DNA from: a virus | Lineage: Duplodnaviria; Caudoviricetes | DNA: 64,000 nt | Virus record (IMG/VR): IMGVR_UViG_3300047283_000054 | Direction: 5' to 3' (one strand) | Shown: positions 28,164 to 38,219 of the stretch, one piece after another | Position numbering within the stretch: position 1 is the first letter of the stretch | Layout of the letters: each line of letters starts with the position of its first letter | Translations under genes and position numbers: made by a program | The notes under the pieces: generated by a model | What the model saw: only the letters and a program-made list of their open reading frames with translations | What the model was told of the DNA's origin: nothing | Databases searched by the model: none

Positions 28164-28358
28164 TCAACCCCATCTTAATTCAAAATGAACAGCGTCACGT
28201 TCATCCTTGAAATAAAAATCCATATAATCTACTGTAGGATCTGTAGTAAATTTATTGCCCGGTAATCCAAATTGTTCTATCGCCCAAGCACAGGTTTCAT
28301 TCCAGTCTATAATGTCTCCCTTTTTCCAAGGTATACGAACTCTAGTACCCGCCTGCAT
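28164..28358 (-). CDS. Small hypothetical protein, array member
   Basis: Ends FYFKDERDAVHFELRWG. Confidence 0.7.
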   Translation of the reverse strand: MQAGTRVRIPWKKGDIIDWNETCAWAIEQFGLPGNKFTTDPTVDYMDFYFKDERDAVHFELRWG

Positions 28359-29064
28359 TCAATAACTCCTTAACTTGTTTCACATTCTCTGGTTCACGAT
28401 TAAACTTAATCTTCCATAGTTCTGGATTGATATAGTCAATAACCATCTTAACCTGTGATTCATTTAAACCATCTAAGAACTTCACACCACTACTACTCTG
28501 ATATAACATCCAAGGACTAAGTTTCCCATTGGTAATACTATGACATATCTTGTTAGGATTACCATAACACAAATAGTCTTTAGGTACAATGCCTTCGTTC
28601 TCTGCCAAATCCATAGTAGTTTGGACACTACGTGCAATAGCATCTAACGGATCTTCAATACGCAGATACTCAATTAAATACTTTGTATAGACGCTATCAC
28701 TAGCCCAAGTATCAATTTTGATGTTATTTTTTAACAACCAATCTACATATCTACTGATATTAATTGCATTGATATTTGCACAATGAGTTCCAAACTTTAC
28801 AAAGGCAGTATAGTAAGCACTACGAATAAATTCTTCATAGGTTTTATTCTTTTTAGTTGAAGTATTCTTTTTATAAAACTGTAGCCAAGATTGAAAGCCT
28901 ATGCGATTGCCTTGCATATCTTTATTCATCCAACGTTGTTTATTTTCGCATAGGTGTTTAGCCATAGTAGATTCACGTAGGAACTCTCTATTGCAAAAAT
29001 CACAACCATACTTGATTGTCTTATCAGTTGCCTCTGTCTTTTTCGTATTGAGTGATATCTTCAT
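28342..29064 (-). CDS. Hypothetical protein with N-terminal zinc-finger-like motif
   Basis: YGCDFCNREFLRESTMAKHLC (C2H-C). Confidence 0.6.
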   Translation of the reverse strand: MKISLNTKKTEATDKTIKYGCDFCNREFLRESTMAKHLCENKQRWMNKDMQGNRIGFQSWLQFYKKNTSTKKNKTYEEFIRSAYYTAFVKFGTHCANINAINISRYVDWLLKNNIKIDTWASDSVYTKYLIEYLRIEDPLDAIARSVQTTMDLAENEGIVPKDYLCYGNPNKICHSITNGKLSPWMLYQSSSGVKFLDGLNESQVKMVIDYINPELWKIKFNREPENVKQVKELLNAGGY

Positions 29065-29617
29065 CTGTAACCGTTTGGCTTAATACTTCTATGTCTGCTA
29101 TTTTTAAATGGGGGTATATTTCTGCAAGATGCATTTTCTTTCTCTGCTCTTGTACAAATGTTTTTGAATATTCTGTTAAATCTTCACTATTTGCCTTAGG
29201 ATAAATCTTTGTAAAGTATTCTTTGATTTCTTTTACTTGTGCAGGTTCTTTTAACAAACTTACACGTTCTTTAATCTGAGGTAACCATTGATGATATTGT
29301 TTACCTTTACCAGGACTTGCCGCACACATCATATACCATTGTAGTTTAGGATGCTTTGATACATTCTCATTAAAGAAGTATTTGTTAGCGTGATATTCTG
29401 TACTCATCGCATAATACCCTGCAATATCACTTGACCCCTTTACATAACTCAACCATTTGATTAACATAAACGGGACAAACTTACGTTGCTGTTCAGGAGT
29501 AAGTCTATCGTAATAATCATAATCTTTCTTGTCTAATGCCGCAATAGCTTCAAACAAGTTAAAGTCTTGATTCTCTAATTTTTCATCTTGTGGTATTGCT
29601 ATTTTCTTTGTTGCCAT
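29024..29617 (-). CDS. Clamp-loader small subunit (T4 gp62-like)
   Basis: FVPFMLIKWLS, ANKYFF, HPKLQW and KQYHQWL resemble the gp62 pattern. Confidence 0.6.
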   Translation of the reverse strand: MATKKIAIPQDEKLENQDFNLFEAIAALDKKDYDYYDRLTPEQQRKFVPFMLIKWLSYVKGSSDIAGYYAMSTEYHANKYFFNENVSKHPKLQWYMMCAASPGKGKQYHQWLPQIKERVSLLKEPAQVKEIKEYFTKIYPKANSEDLTEYSKTFVQEQRKKMHLAEIYPHLKIADIEVLSQTVTDEDITQYEKDRGN

Positions 29618-30117
29618 TAGAATGCCTGACTATAATCTACAATCTCACAGTTACGACTAATCTCTTTTACAAAATACACACATCTTGGCTTAGGTCCATC
29701 ATCTAACGGTACACATAAGAATTGTCCGTTCTTTAATCGAGGTGCATACCAAGTTACATCGTGATATATATCTACAATCTCAATCGGTACAAAACTAGGA
29801 CTGAATGAACTAAGTGGATTAAACTCAAACGCATTGAAGCCTCTGTCATTAATACTTGTAAGAGGCAATGTTTCTAAGTCTCCGTGTTCTTGTTCACCAA
29901 TTAGTATTTGCCAATCAATAGGCATCTTAATCGTACTGTTACCAATCTTCAATACAAGTGCAGGACTACTGAAGGATTCCAAAAAGATTAACGGGATGTA
30001 ATGATAGTCTACGTTTTGTGGATTGCTGTTATCTAGGATAGCAAAACGCAAGTCATCAATCTCTTCGGGAAGTGTTTCTAAGTTATAGAATTCGTTGTCT
30101 AGGGTTAATATTCGCAT
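29617..30117 (-). CDS. Hypothetical phage protein
   Basis: ORF with its own TTGACA-17-TATAAT promoter (30123-30151). Confidence 0.7.
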   Translation of the reverse strand: MRILTLDNEFYNLETLPEEIDDLRFAILDNSNPQNVDYHYIPLIFLESFSSPALVLKIGNSTIKMPIDWQILIGEQEHGDLETLPLTSINDRGFNAFEFNPLSSFSPSFVPIEIVDIYHDVTWYAPRLKNGQFLCVPLDDGPKPRCVYFVKEISRNCEIVDYSQAF

Positions 30118-30136
30118 AATGTATTATATCAGATTC

Positions 30137-31588
30137 TTATCTATATGTCAATTTTTCTACGTCAAACGGGTAGTTTGCTTCTTTATAAAAAGCTTTACGT
30201 TGGGTTAAGTGTCGTTTAGCAAACTTACAACTACTGGTTATGTCCCAGATTTGTACAAAGTTTTTATCTTCTGCTTTTCGAATTCCACGTCCAATACTTT
30301 GGATAACCCGAACGAAACTCTTTCCCGGCTCCAACAGAACAAGATTAAATATCCTAGGTATGTTAATGCCAACAGCCGCAACACCGTAAGTCGCAACAAT
30401 AATTTTATTCGTACTTGTAGCAATTTCATCATACTCCTCTTTCCTGTCAACCATATTAGTAGCACCACTAACAAATACGCTATCGGGTAATCTGCTAACA
30501 ATTTCTTTACCTGCATTAACTCTATCAACTAGGATCAATGTATTACCACTATCTTTAATCTTTAGTACCAATTCAGCAATAGCATCTAATCTATTTGTAT
30601 CCTCAAGCAAATGTTTCAACTCACTTTGGTAATTAGTGAATTCTACATCGTCTTTTAATTGTACAATGTTTACGTGACATTGTGCCAATACACCTTGATC
30701 CTGCAATTCACTTGCACTTAATTTACTGATTACCGGACCCAAACTTACAAACAATGATTGTGCTTCAAATTTAGCTTTTGGAATAGTTCCTGTTAGTCCC
30801 CACCGAATGGGAACTTTAGCAAACACTCCTGTAAGTAATGTTTTTAATGCATCAGCTTTTGCCATATGCACTTCATCAACCATTACACAAACAACACCTT
30901 CGATGAAGTCCATAATATCTGCTTCACCGGCTTTTGTTTTCTTAAGCATATTGTTAAGACTCTGCCAAGTGCAGATAGTGTGTGTTTTGTTGTACTCTTT
31001 ACGATCACCAAAGTATACACCTACATCTAATCCAAGATTAATATAATCAGCTTCGGTTTGTGTTACTAAACTTTTGTTAGGAACAATGACAATACTACGG
31101 CCATAGTTCTCAACACTATAACTTAGTGCGGCTGTCATTAGTGTTTTACCTGCACCTGTAGCAATCTCTTGTAATGATTGTGGGTTCTTTAAAAAGTTGT
31201 TGACGATACTGATTTGATAATCACGTAACTCTACGGGTGTGCCTTCTTTGGGATGACCTTTAGGCCAGTTCTTATGAGCAAACGTTGATTCGGACACTTC
31301 AGCGAATTCAAAGGTTGTTGTATAATCTCTTGTGTCATCCAACTCAATATCATATCCTGCTCTATCTAATACAGGAAGTATTTCTTCTAACAAATTAATG
31401 TAAGTACTTCCTGCTAAACTGAAATAACTTACCTTACCGTTCCATCTACCAAGTCTTACTGCAGGTAGATAACGTGCTCCGGGTACTTCGTACTCAAACA
31501 TTTTCATCAGTGCTTTACGCTCTGTAAGTTCAAGTCCTTCTATCTTTACGTTAACTTCATCTTTAACGATTATCTTACATTGTTTCAT
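30137..31588 (-). CDS. uvsW: SF2 DNA helicase UvsW
   Basis: LRDYQ, ATGAGKT, DEVH, GLTGT and QSIGRGIR motifs. Confidence 0.9.
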   Translation of the reverse strand: MKQCKIIVKDEVNVKIEGLELTERKALMKMFEYEVPGARYLPAVRLGRWNGKVSYFSLAGSTYINLLEEILPVLDRAGYDIELDDTRDYTTTFEFAEVSESTFAHKNWPKGHPKEGTPVELRDYQISIVNNFLKNPQSLQEIATGAGKTLMTAALSYSVENYGRSIVIVPNKSLVTQTEADYINLGLDVGVYFGDRKEYNKTHTICTWQSLNNMLKKTKAGEADIMDFIEGVVCVMVDEVHMAKADALKTLLTGVFAKVPIRWGLTGTIPKAKFEAQSLFVSLGPVISKLSASELQDQGVLAQCHVNIVQLKDDVEFTNYQSELKHLLEDTNRLDAIAELVLKIKDSGNTLILVDRVNAGKEIVSRLPDSVFVSGATNMVDRKEEYDEIATSTNKIIVATYGVAAVGINIPRIFNLVLLEPGKSFVRVIQSIGRGIRKAEDKNFVQIWDITSSCKFAKRHLTQRKAFYKEANYPFDVEKLTYR

Positions 31589-32619
31589 TTAATTCCCAAA
31601 TTTACAGGTTCTGAATTTACACATTTTATAGTTTTAAATAGAGTTGTAGGCAAATCCATTACTCCGTAATTTCTATAATGTAGCATAACAGGTTTCTCAT
31701 ATGATTTCAAGTTAGAGTGGTCTCGTATGATATCAATTTCTAATGCATTTAATAGATTTTCTGAATATTCTCCTAATAAGAATAATTGTTTGAAATTAGA
31801 ACTTAGCCTTGAAGATTCGGATATACCATCACATCCCAATTCACTTAACCATTTAATAGCAGTCTCTAATTCTTTAATTTCAAATTCACTTTGAAAATTA
31901 ACAGCAAGGTTTACTTTACGTGGATCTTCAATAGTAGAGAAATATTCTATAACAGAATCACTGATAGTGATTCCATATTGAACATAATCCGCTATCATTA
32001 CTAAATCGTTGGTTAGTGGTATATCTTTAATAATGTCGTACAATACTTCATTGAGTGCGGCTACGTAGAAATAACCATTGTTATATACAAGTGTCGGCTC
32101 CCAATATTTAACTGATTCATATTCGCTAAGACTGTTAATAATATCTTTAGTAATCGGGCAATAGTCTATCATTTCAAAGTAATCTGCACTTAATGTGATT
32201 AGCATTTTTAATGTTGTTGGGCCATACTCAATTTCATATTGACGTTTGTCCCTGTGCCATTCCATTGAATGTATTGGATTCTTTTTTAGTGCAGTTAAAA
32301 AGTTTTTATTAAAAGGTGATCTAAAAATTATAGTGTCTTTTAAAATAGCAATAGATGCATTTGTATACTGCGGAGAACTTTCTATAACATTACATTTCCA
32401 AGGTAATATTAACAAGTTATCAACGTCAAATTTTTGTTGCGTAAACTGTTTACGATATTTTAATGCAATCTTTCTAAAAAGACTATCCTGATTGGTAGTG
32501 ATTGTATTCTTTATGCCAATCAGATTGGTTAAGTTATTTACAAATTGTAGGTCATACCTGCTTAATCGTACATTGATAAGCATAAAGGTGCCAACATCTT
32601 CAAGCGTCTTAAAATCCAT
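31585..32619 (-). CDS. Hypothetical protein
   Basis: Long ORF coupled to uvsW; promoter TTGTCA-17-TATAAT at 32625-32653. Confidence 0.65.
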   Translation of the reverse strand: MDFKTLEDVGTFMLINVRLSRYDLQFVNNLTNLIGIKNTITTNQDSLFRKIALKYRKQFTQQKFDVDNLLILPWKCNVIESSPQYTNASIAILKDTIIFRSPFNKNFLTALKKNPIHSMEWHRDKRQYEIEYGPTTLKMLITLSADYFEMIDYCPITKDIINSLSEYESVKYWEPTLVYNNGYFYVAALNEVLYDIIKDIPLTNDLVMIADYVQYGITISDSVIEYFSTIEDPRKVNLAVNFQSEFEIKELETAIKWLSELGCDGISESSRLSSNFKQLFLLGEYSENLLNALEIDIIRDHSNLKSYEKPVMLHYRNYGVMDLPTTLFKTIKCVNSEPVNLGIK

Positions 32620-32664
32620 TCTTTATTATATCACATTCAAATATTATTGACAAACATAATGGTT

Positions 32665-32683
32665 AAAGGAGCAATGCTCCTTT
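32665..32683 (-). terminator. Hairpin/terminator downstream of the AAA gene
   Basis: AAAGGAGC-AAT-GCTCCTTT. Confidence 0.55.
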
Positions 32684-32728
32684 ATCGGAGAGGACTTATT
32701 GACGTTGCCTCTACGCACACTGCAGGGG

Positions 32729-33760
32729 TTATGCAGATTTCATACACGTTGTACGTGCAAGATTTTTCCAGTTGTTCGGGCTAATCTTTACCAAGTCAGC
32801 AATCTTCAAACACATACGCAAGGACACTTCACGCAATTTTGTATGATTGTCCCACATAAAGTCAATTACCATTTGTGATTGTTCTTCTGTGAAATCGTAA
32901 TCACTAAACAAACCACCTTCAGCATCACGATGGACCTGCTTGATACGCAACATTTTGTCACGATCACCATCAATAGTCAGGTCCAGAAAGTGACAACGTG
33001 ACTGCAATGCCTCTAAGTGATCCTGCAATTTCTTAGACTTCAAGTTGCCGAATTTCAAGTTAGTGATAAAGATAGCACTACCATTGAAGTTGAAAGTATT
33101 CGGGATACCTTCTTCACGCAACAAACGTGAATCACTATTCCAGCAAATTCTACGAGTCTTGCCTGAATCAAGTGCGGCCTTCAAAATGTTCAATGCCAAG
33201 TCATCGGTAAAAACTGAATCACAATCATCGAAAATCAACACGTTTTTAGTGTCAGAATATTTGTACAACTGAGCATACAAACCCAATGCAGTCATCGCAC
33301 CTTTAACAATGTTAAAGCGAACACGTTTACCTGCAAGTTTGTCAAACATACTTGCTTTTTCCATTTGTGTCTCAACACCATATGACTTACCAACACCGGG
33401 CGGGCCTGATACAATCATAGCACGAATGTCACCATTGATTGCCGCACGTGACATTTCATCAAGGACCTCAAAACGAGCCGCAATACGGTCCATTGCTTCT
33501 GTTTCTGTTTCTTTAGCTACTTCAGCTTTTGCAAATTTTACTGTATTTTCTGTCACAGATTCTCCATTCAAAAATTCAATTTCATTGATACTATCAACAA
33601 GCACCTTAACTTCAGGGATGTTGATTGCGAATTGACCGTCATTTTTAACAGTCACATAACCACCTTTAGCACCGGTCTGAAAACCTTTAACTAATGTAAA
33701 TTCTGTATTGACTACAGATTGTTTACGATAAGAGCCAGAGAGAATGCGAATAGTAGACAT
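32729..33760 (-). CDS. AAA-family P-loop ATPase
   Basis: SGPPGVGKS Walker A; LIFDDCD Walker B; ALQSRC arginine finger. Confidence 0.85.
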   Translation of the reverse strand: MSTIRILSGSYRKQSVVNTEFTLVKGFQTGAKGGYVTVKNDGQFAINIPEVKVLVDSINEIEFLNGESVTENTVKFAKAEVAKETETEAMDRIAARFEVLDEMSRAAINGDIRAMIVSGPPGVGKSYGVETQMEKASMFDKLAGKRVRFNIVKGAMTALGLYAQLYKYSDTKNVLIFDDCDSVFTDDLALNILKAALDSGKTRRICWNSDSRLLREEGIPNTFNFNGSAIFITNLKFGNLKSKKLQDHLEALQSRCHFLDLTIDGDRDKMLRIKQVHRDAEGGLFSDYDFTEEQSQMVIDFMWDNHTKLREVSLRMCLKIADLVKISPNNWKNLARTTCMKSA

Positions 33761-33791
33761 TTGTTTCCTTTATTTCAGTGTCAATACAAGT

Positions 33792-33820
33792 ATTGTATCA
33801 CGTTATCCATTTATTGTCAA
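33792..33820 (-). promoter_or_regulatory. Early sigma70-type promoter (TTGACAATAAAT class)
   Basis: TTGACA-17-TACAAT. Confidence 0.8.
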
Positions 33821-33830
33821 ATTTTGTGCC

Positions 33831-34208
33831 TTAAGCGGCCTTGCGAAAATACCCGTAAGGTAAGCTAAGTGTCCAAGCCAAATACTCATCATCGCCATTA
33901 GTGTCCTCAGCTTCGTGGATCCAACGCATAGCAGTAGCACGGTCCTTAGCACCAGCATCAACCAATGACTGAATCCGTTGCTCAAAAACAACAGTTGCAG
34001 TGGCCTCTGCCTCTTTGCGGGCCTTATCTTCGGCTTCAATAGCTACACCGAGTCCTTCAAATTCTGCTTCAAAATCCTCAAGGGTCCAGTGTGAAGTGTC
34101 AACACCGCGAGGGCGAACGCCGTAAGCGTCCTTATACATATCCCAATACATAGATTGGGCTTGTTCCAATTGTGTCAACTCTTCCCAAGATTTGAATTCT
34201 GTAGTCAT
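33831..34208 (-). CDS. Hypothetical early protein
   Basis: DMYKDAYGVRPRG motif; SD AAGGA; own promoter. Confidence 0.7.
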   Translation of the reverse strand: MTTEFKSWEELTQLEQAQSMYWDMYKDAYGVRPRGVDTSHWTLEDFEAEFEGLGVAIEAEDKARKEAEATATVVFEQRIQSLVDAGAKDRATAMRWIHEAEDTNGDDEYLAWTLSLPYGYFRKAA

Positions 34209-34241
34209 TTTCAAGTCCTTTTCTTTACTGTCTAAGATTCT

Positions 34242-34270
34242 ATTATAGCAGAAAACCCATTTATTGTCAA
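34242..34270 (-). promoter_or_regulatory. Early sigma70-type promoter (TTGACAATAAAT class)
   Basis: TTGACA-17-TATAAT. Confidence 0.85.
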
Positions 34271-34274
34271 ATTT

Positions 34275-34499
34275 TTAGCCACGAATTTCAAACGCAAATT
34301 CAGTGCCGGCCCGTGTGACATAAATCTTACGGCCATAGACTGTAATGTAACCCCATTCTCCGTCTTGGTAAATGTCGTGCGGGTCTTTTTCAATAGTGAC
34401 ATTACGGACTATTTCACAGAAACCATTGCGCCAAGTGGGCAATTTCTGATTGAAATACTTGTCGTTGTCACGTTGGACAATGAAGATTTTTGCTTTCAT
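34275..34499 (-). CDS. Hypothetical early protein
   Basis: ORF with SD AAGG and own promoter. Confidence 0.65.
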   Translation of the reverse strand: MKAKIFIVQRDNDKYFNQKLPTWRNGFCEIVRNVTIEKDPHDIYQDGEWGYITVYGRKIYVTRAGTEFAFEIRG

Positions 34500-34530
34500 T
34501 TTAGACCTTTATTTAACTATCTAAGACTCT

Positions 34531-34559
34531 ATTGTATACCCAAACTGATTTATTGTCAA
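34531..34559 (-). promoter_or_regulatory. Early sigma70-type promoter (TTGACAATAAAT class)
   Basis: TTGACA-17-TACAAT. Confidence 0.8.
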
Positions 34560-34586
34560 CCTTTTGCACAAACATAAATAAAATTT

Positions 34587-35885
34587 ATGAACAGAATATT
34601 AGTAGCATTTGATTATTGGGGCCCGAATTATCCACTAAGGAATAATCAAAACTTTAATAAACCATTTTCAGAGTTAATAGTTGATGATACCAGTTGTGAG
34701 TTTTTTAATAAGATACCAAGATATGAATGTGTACCATCATCCATTTTAAAAGATAAAGATTTATTTATTTACCCTATAATAATAGGATTCGGTCAATATG
34801 AATGGCCGTATAATACTGATATTGATATATTATCATCAACCTCAATGTCAATTAATGTAGCTAATAGCATACGTAGTAGAAATGGATTTTTATTTTTAGA
34901 TTTAGGTAACGAGTCGGCAATGACAGATTCTTTATTAGATAAGGTGCATTCATATATGTTAAGTAAAGATATTCCATTAAGGAAGATTATATTTCAAACC
35001 GGAAATAGTAATGGAAGAGAAATATATAAAAACTATTGTTTAAAAAAAGGAATTATTTTTGAAAAAGCAATGAATATATCTTCTATTGAATACTTTGAAT
35101 GGCATACAAGTAAACACTACAATGTAGGTATAAATAATCAAGGGTTTGTACCTTTACCAAAAAATGTAGATTATAGTAAAATTGAAAAAACATTCTTATG
35201 TTTAAATAACAGACAGCGACAACATAGAAAAAATCTGTTTATACTCTGGAATTTAAATGATTTAATTAAAGATAGTTTTTACACAATGCCCAATAAATCC
35301 GGATATACATTTGATACTAAAACATATAGTCTTAATGATTATATAGATACTGATTTAATGCACCGAGTTGGGGTAACACCTGAATACATTAATGAAATAG
35401 AAAAAACATTACCACTTACACTTGATGACCCTAGTAGACCGGTAAATTTATTATCTTTGTTTGTATCGATTGGTACGTATTATCAAAGTAGTTTAATTAG
35501 TATAGTCACTGAAACTAACTTTGAGGGGTCTGAGGTGTCTGATATTTTTAATACAGAAAAGATATTTAAACCAATGATTCATAGACACCCATTTATTCTG
35601 GTGGGTCCATATAAAACATTAGAGAAATTAAGAGAACTTGGTTACAAAACATTTAGTGAGTTTTGGGATGAGAGTTACGATGATATTGAAGATCCTACTG
35701 AACGATTATTAAAAATAGTTGAATTATGTAAATCCATAAATGAATGGAGTGACCTAGAAAAAAAGAGGTTTTTCTATAAATCTATGCTTATTACTAACCA
35801 CAATCATAAACTCTTAACGGAATGTTATCCCAATAACATGCGTAAAAACTTTTGGCATGAATTCAAGGATATAAACTATGAATAG
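34587..35885 (+). CDS. Putative glycosyltransferase-like protein, paralogue 1
   Basis: FLCLNNRQRQHR, ISIVTET, TEKIFKP and FWDESYD motifs. Confidence 0.55.
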   Translation: MNRILVAFDYWGPNYPLRNNQNFNKPFSELIVDDTSCEFFNKIPRYECVPSSILKDKDLFIYPIIIGFGQYEWPYNTDIDILSSTSMSINVANSIRSRNGFLFLDLGNESAMTDSLLDKVHSYMLSKDIPLRKIIFQTGNSNGREIYKNYCLKKGIIFEKAMNISSIEYFEWHTSKHYNVGINNQGFVPLPKNVDYSKIEKTFLCLNNRQRQHRKNLFILWNLNDLIKDSFYTMPNKSGYTFDTKTYSLNDYIDTDLMHRVGVTPEYINEIEKTLPLTLDDPSRPVNLLSLFVSIGTYYQSSLISIVTETNFEGSEVSDIFNTEKIFKPMIHRHPFILVGPYKTLEKLRELGYKTFSEFWDESYDDIEDPTERLLKIVELCKSINEWSDLEKKRFFYKSMLITNHNHKLLTECYPNNMRKNFWHEFKDINYE

Positions 35886-37188
35886 AATATTAGTAGCTTT
35901 TGATTATTTTGCACCTAATTATCCAATACTTAATAATCAAAATTTTAATCAACCATTAACTAAACTATCAATAGATAATGGGGTATACGAGTTTTTTAAA
36001 TCATTAAATGGTTTTGAATGCGTACCATCATTATCATTAAAAGAAATGGATTATTTTGTATATCCAATTCGTTTAGGATTAAAGCCTGATGATTGGATAA
36101 ATCGTCCAGAAATAGATTTATTGGCTACCACTAATATGTCGATTCATACATTTAATGGAATAAGAGGTAGAAATGGATTTTTACTTCTTGATTTGGGACA
36201 TGAATCTATATTAAATGATAAAATTATAGATACTATCCACGAGTATTTAAAACTAAAAGATATTCCTTTAAGAAAGGTAATATTACAAACCGGTAGTGCA
36301 AATGGTGAAAAATACTATAAAGAATATTGTTTTAAAAAACAAATTAGTAAAGGAATCAATATATGTTGTATAGAATATTTTGAATGGATGAGTAGTAGAT
36401 TAGTAACAGAAAATAAAAAAATTAATAATAAAATTCTTCCAAAAAATGTAGACTATAGTAAAATTGAAAAAACATTTTTATGCCTAAATAGAGTACATCG
36501 ATGGCATCGTGTTAATTTATTTGTGTTATGGAATATCAATAATCTAATGGAAGATTCTTATTATACAATGGATAACAAATCCAATTTTCCTGTAGGTGAG
36601 AATTATGATAATGATATTTGGAGAAGAACTATTGATGTTAAATTAGTTAATAAATTAGGATTAACTGAAGAAGTCATAGATAAAATACAAGCCACATTAC
36701 CTTTAAAAATAGATGAGTTTTTGGAACCGGATGTTATGGCTGAATTATTTAGTACCATAGATCCGTATTATCAAAGTAGTTTAATTAGTGTGGTAACTGA
36801 AACCAATTTTCAAAACAACGATATTTTTAATACAGAAAAGATATTTAAACCAATGATTCATAGACACCCATTTATTCTAGTAGGTGCATATAAAACTTTA
36901 GAATATTTAAAAAATATGGGATATAAAACATTCAGCGATTTTTGGGATGAATCATATGATGATATTGAAGATCCATTTGAAAGATTATTAAAAATAGTAG
37001 AAATTTGTAAAGATATACAGAGTTGGGATGATGTTAAAAGAAAAAAATTTTTCTATAAGTCAATGGTTATAACTACTCACAATTATGATTTATTAACTTC
37101 TCAATATCCTGACAATATGCGTAAAAACTTTTGGCATAGATTAAGAGATTATGCTGTATTTCAACGGGATAAAGATAAATCTATTTAA
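35878..37188 (+). CDS. Putative glycosyltransferase-like protein, paralogue 2
   Basis: Colinear with the preceding gene from MNRILVAFDY to NMRKNFWH. Confidence 0.55.
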   Translation: MNRILVAFDYFAPNYPILNNQNFNQPLTKLSIDNGVYEFFKSLNGFECVPSLSLKEMDYFVYPIRLGLKPDDWINRPEIDLLATTNMSIHTFNGIRGRNGFLLLDLGHESILNDKIIDTIHEYLKLKDIPLRKVILQTGSANGEKYYKEYCFKKQISKGINICCIEYFEWMSSRLVTENKKINNKILPKNVDYSKIEKTFLCLNRVHRWHRVNLFVLWNINNLMEDSYYTMDNKSNFPVGENYDNDIWRRTIDVKLVNKLGLTEEVIDKIQATLPLKIDEFLEPDVMAELFSTIDPYYQSSLISVVTETNFQNNDIFNTEKIFKPMIHRHPFILVGAYKTLEYLKNMGYKTFSDFWDESYDDIEDPFERLLKIVEICKDIQSWDDVKRKKFFYKSMVITTHNYDLLTSQYPDNMRKNFWHRLRDYAVFQRDKDKSI

Positions 37189-38210
37189 ATAAATCCCTTG
37201 ATGACCTGACTATAATCATTAATAGCATATTGTATTTTGTTATTAGTTGAGTTAGGTCTGCAAGGTTTACAAAAACTTGTTATAAAGTTATTATAAATTT
37301 CTTTGTGCTTATCACTACACCATATATCTCTAAAATCATCATCTATCCAAGAGCCTAATTTAGTATCTTCTCGACCCTTGTACTCACAGCATAGATAAAT
37401 GTTTCCGTCAGCACAAAAACTAGGAAACAAAAACATCTGGTGGCATCGTCTGTATTCTCTTGCATCATATCTACCCAATGATACATCTGCCTTGATACCA
37501 TAGAATTCGCTTGCAGTTTTGATTCTGTTTGCGACTTCATCATTCATTATGAAACTATGTCCATTCAAAACCATAGGGCGTAAATGCACTGCACGTGCTT
37601 TCACATCTTTTGCATATTCAAATATGCTGTTGATTTCTATTTGACTTGTGTTCTCCGGCATTAACAATGCTTTTACATCTAATGGAACACCCCTACTACC
37701 TAACTCTTTTGCAGTCTCTTTAACTCTATCAAATGGACAAGCTGACATTTTACTATTACGTATTAACTCATACGTATTAGGATTACCACTATCAATATCA
37801 AGTCCTACATAAGCCATGCGCTTTAGCTTATCAGTATTGATAGTTAATAACTTATGTAACTTTGTACCATTTGTATTCATTGCGGCAACATAACCCTTGT
37901 CAATTACATCCTCTAGTAAATCTTCATAGCCTGGAAGTAATGTAGGTTCACCTCCACCACTAAAGATTACATTACTTAATGTACCTATGACGTTACTGTC
38001 ATGTTGTCTCCACGTATGTAGTCTGTCAATGAGTTTGCTATACTGTTCCACAGACTGGTACACCGGCAAGTCATTTCTGAATTGCTCGGTGTTGCAGTAA
38101 TAGCAGGCTTGATTGCAGATATTTGTAGTGTCTAAGTCTATCTGCCAGGGTAGTATCTTACCAGGTATGTTACCTTGTATCCAACGTGAAATTAATTGAT
38201 ATTGATCCAT
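37185..38210 (-). CDS. Radical SAM protein with C-terminal SPASM/twitch domain
   Basis: CNQACYYC, SGGGEP, TNG, DGNIYLCC...CKPC. Confidence 0.9.
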   Translation of the reverse strand: MDQYQLISRWIQGNIPGKILPWQIDLDTTNICNQACYYCNTEQFRNDLPVYQSVEQYSKLIDRLHTWRQHDSNVIGTLSNVIFSGGGEPTLLPGYEDLLEDVIDKGYVAAMNTNGTKLHKLLTINTDKLKRMAYVGLDIDSGNPNTYELIRNSKMSACPFDRVKETAKELGSRGVPLDVKALLMPENTSQIEINSIFEYAKDVKARAVHLRPMVLNGHSFIMNDEVANRIKTASEFYGIKADVSLGRYDAREYRRCHQMFLFPSFCADGNIYLCCEYKGREDTKLGSWIDDDFRDIWCSDKHKEIYNNFITSFCKPCRPNSTNNKIQYAINDYSQVIKGFI

Positions 38211-38219
38211 TAATCATAT

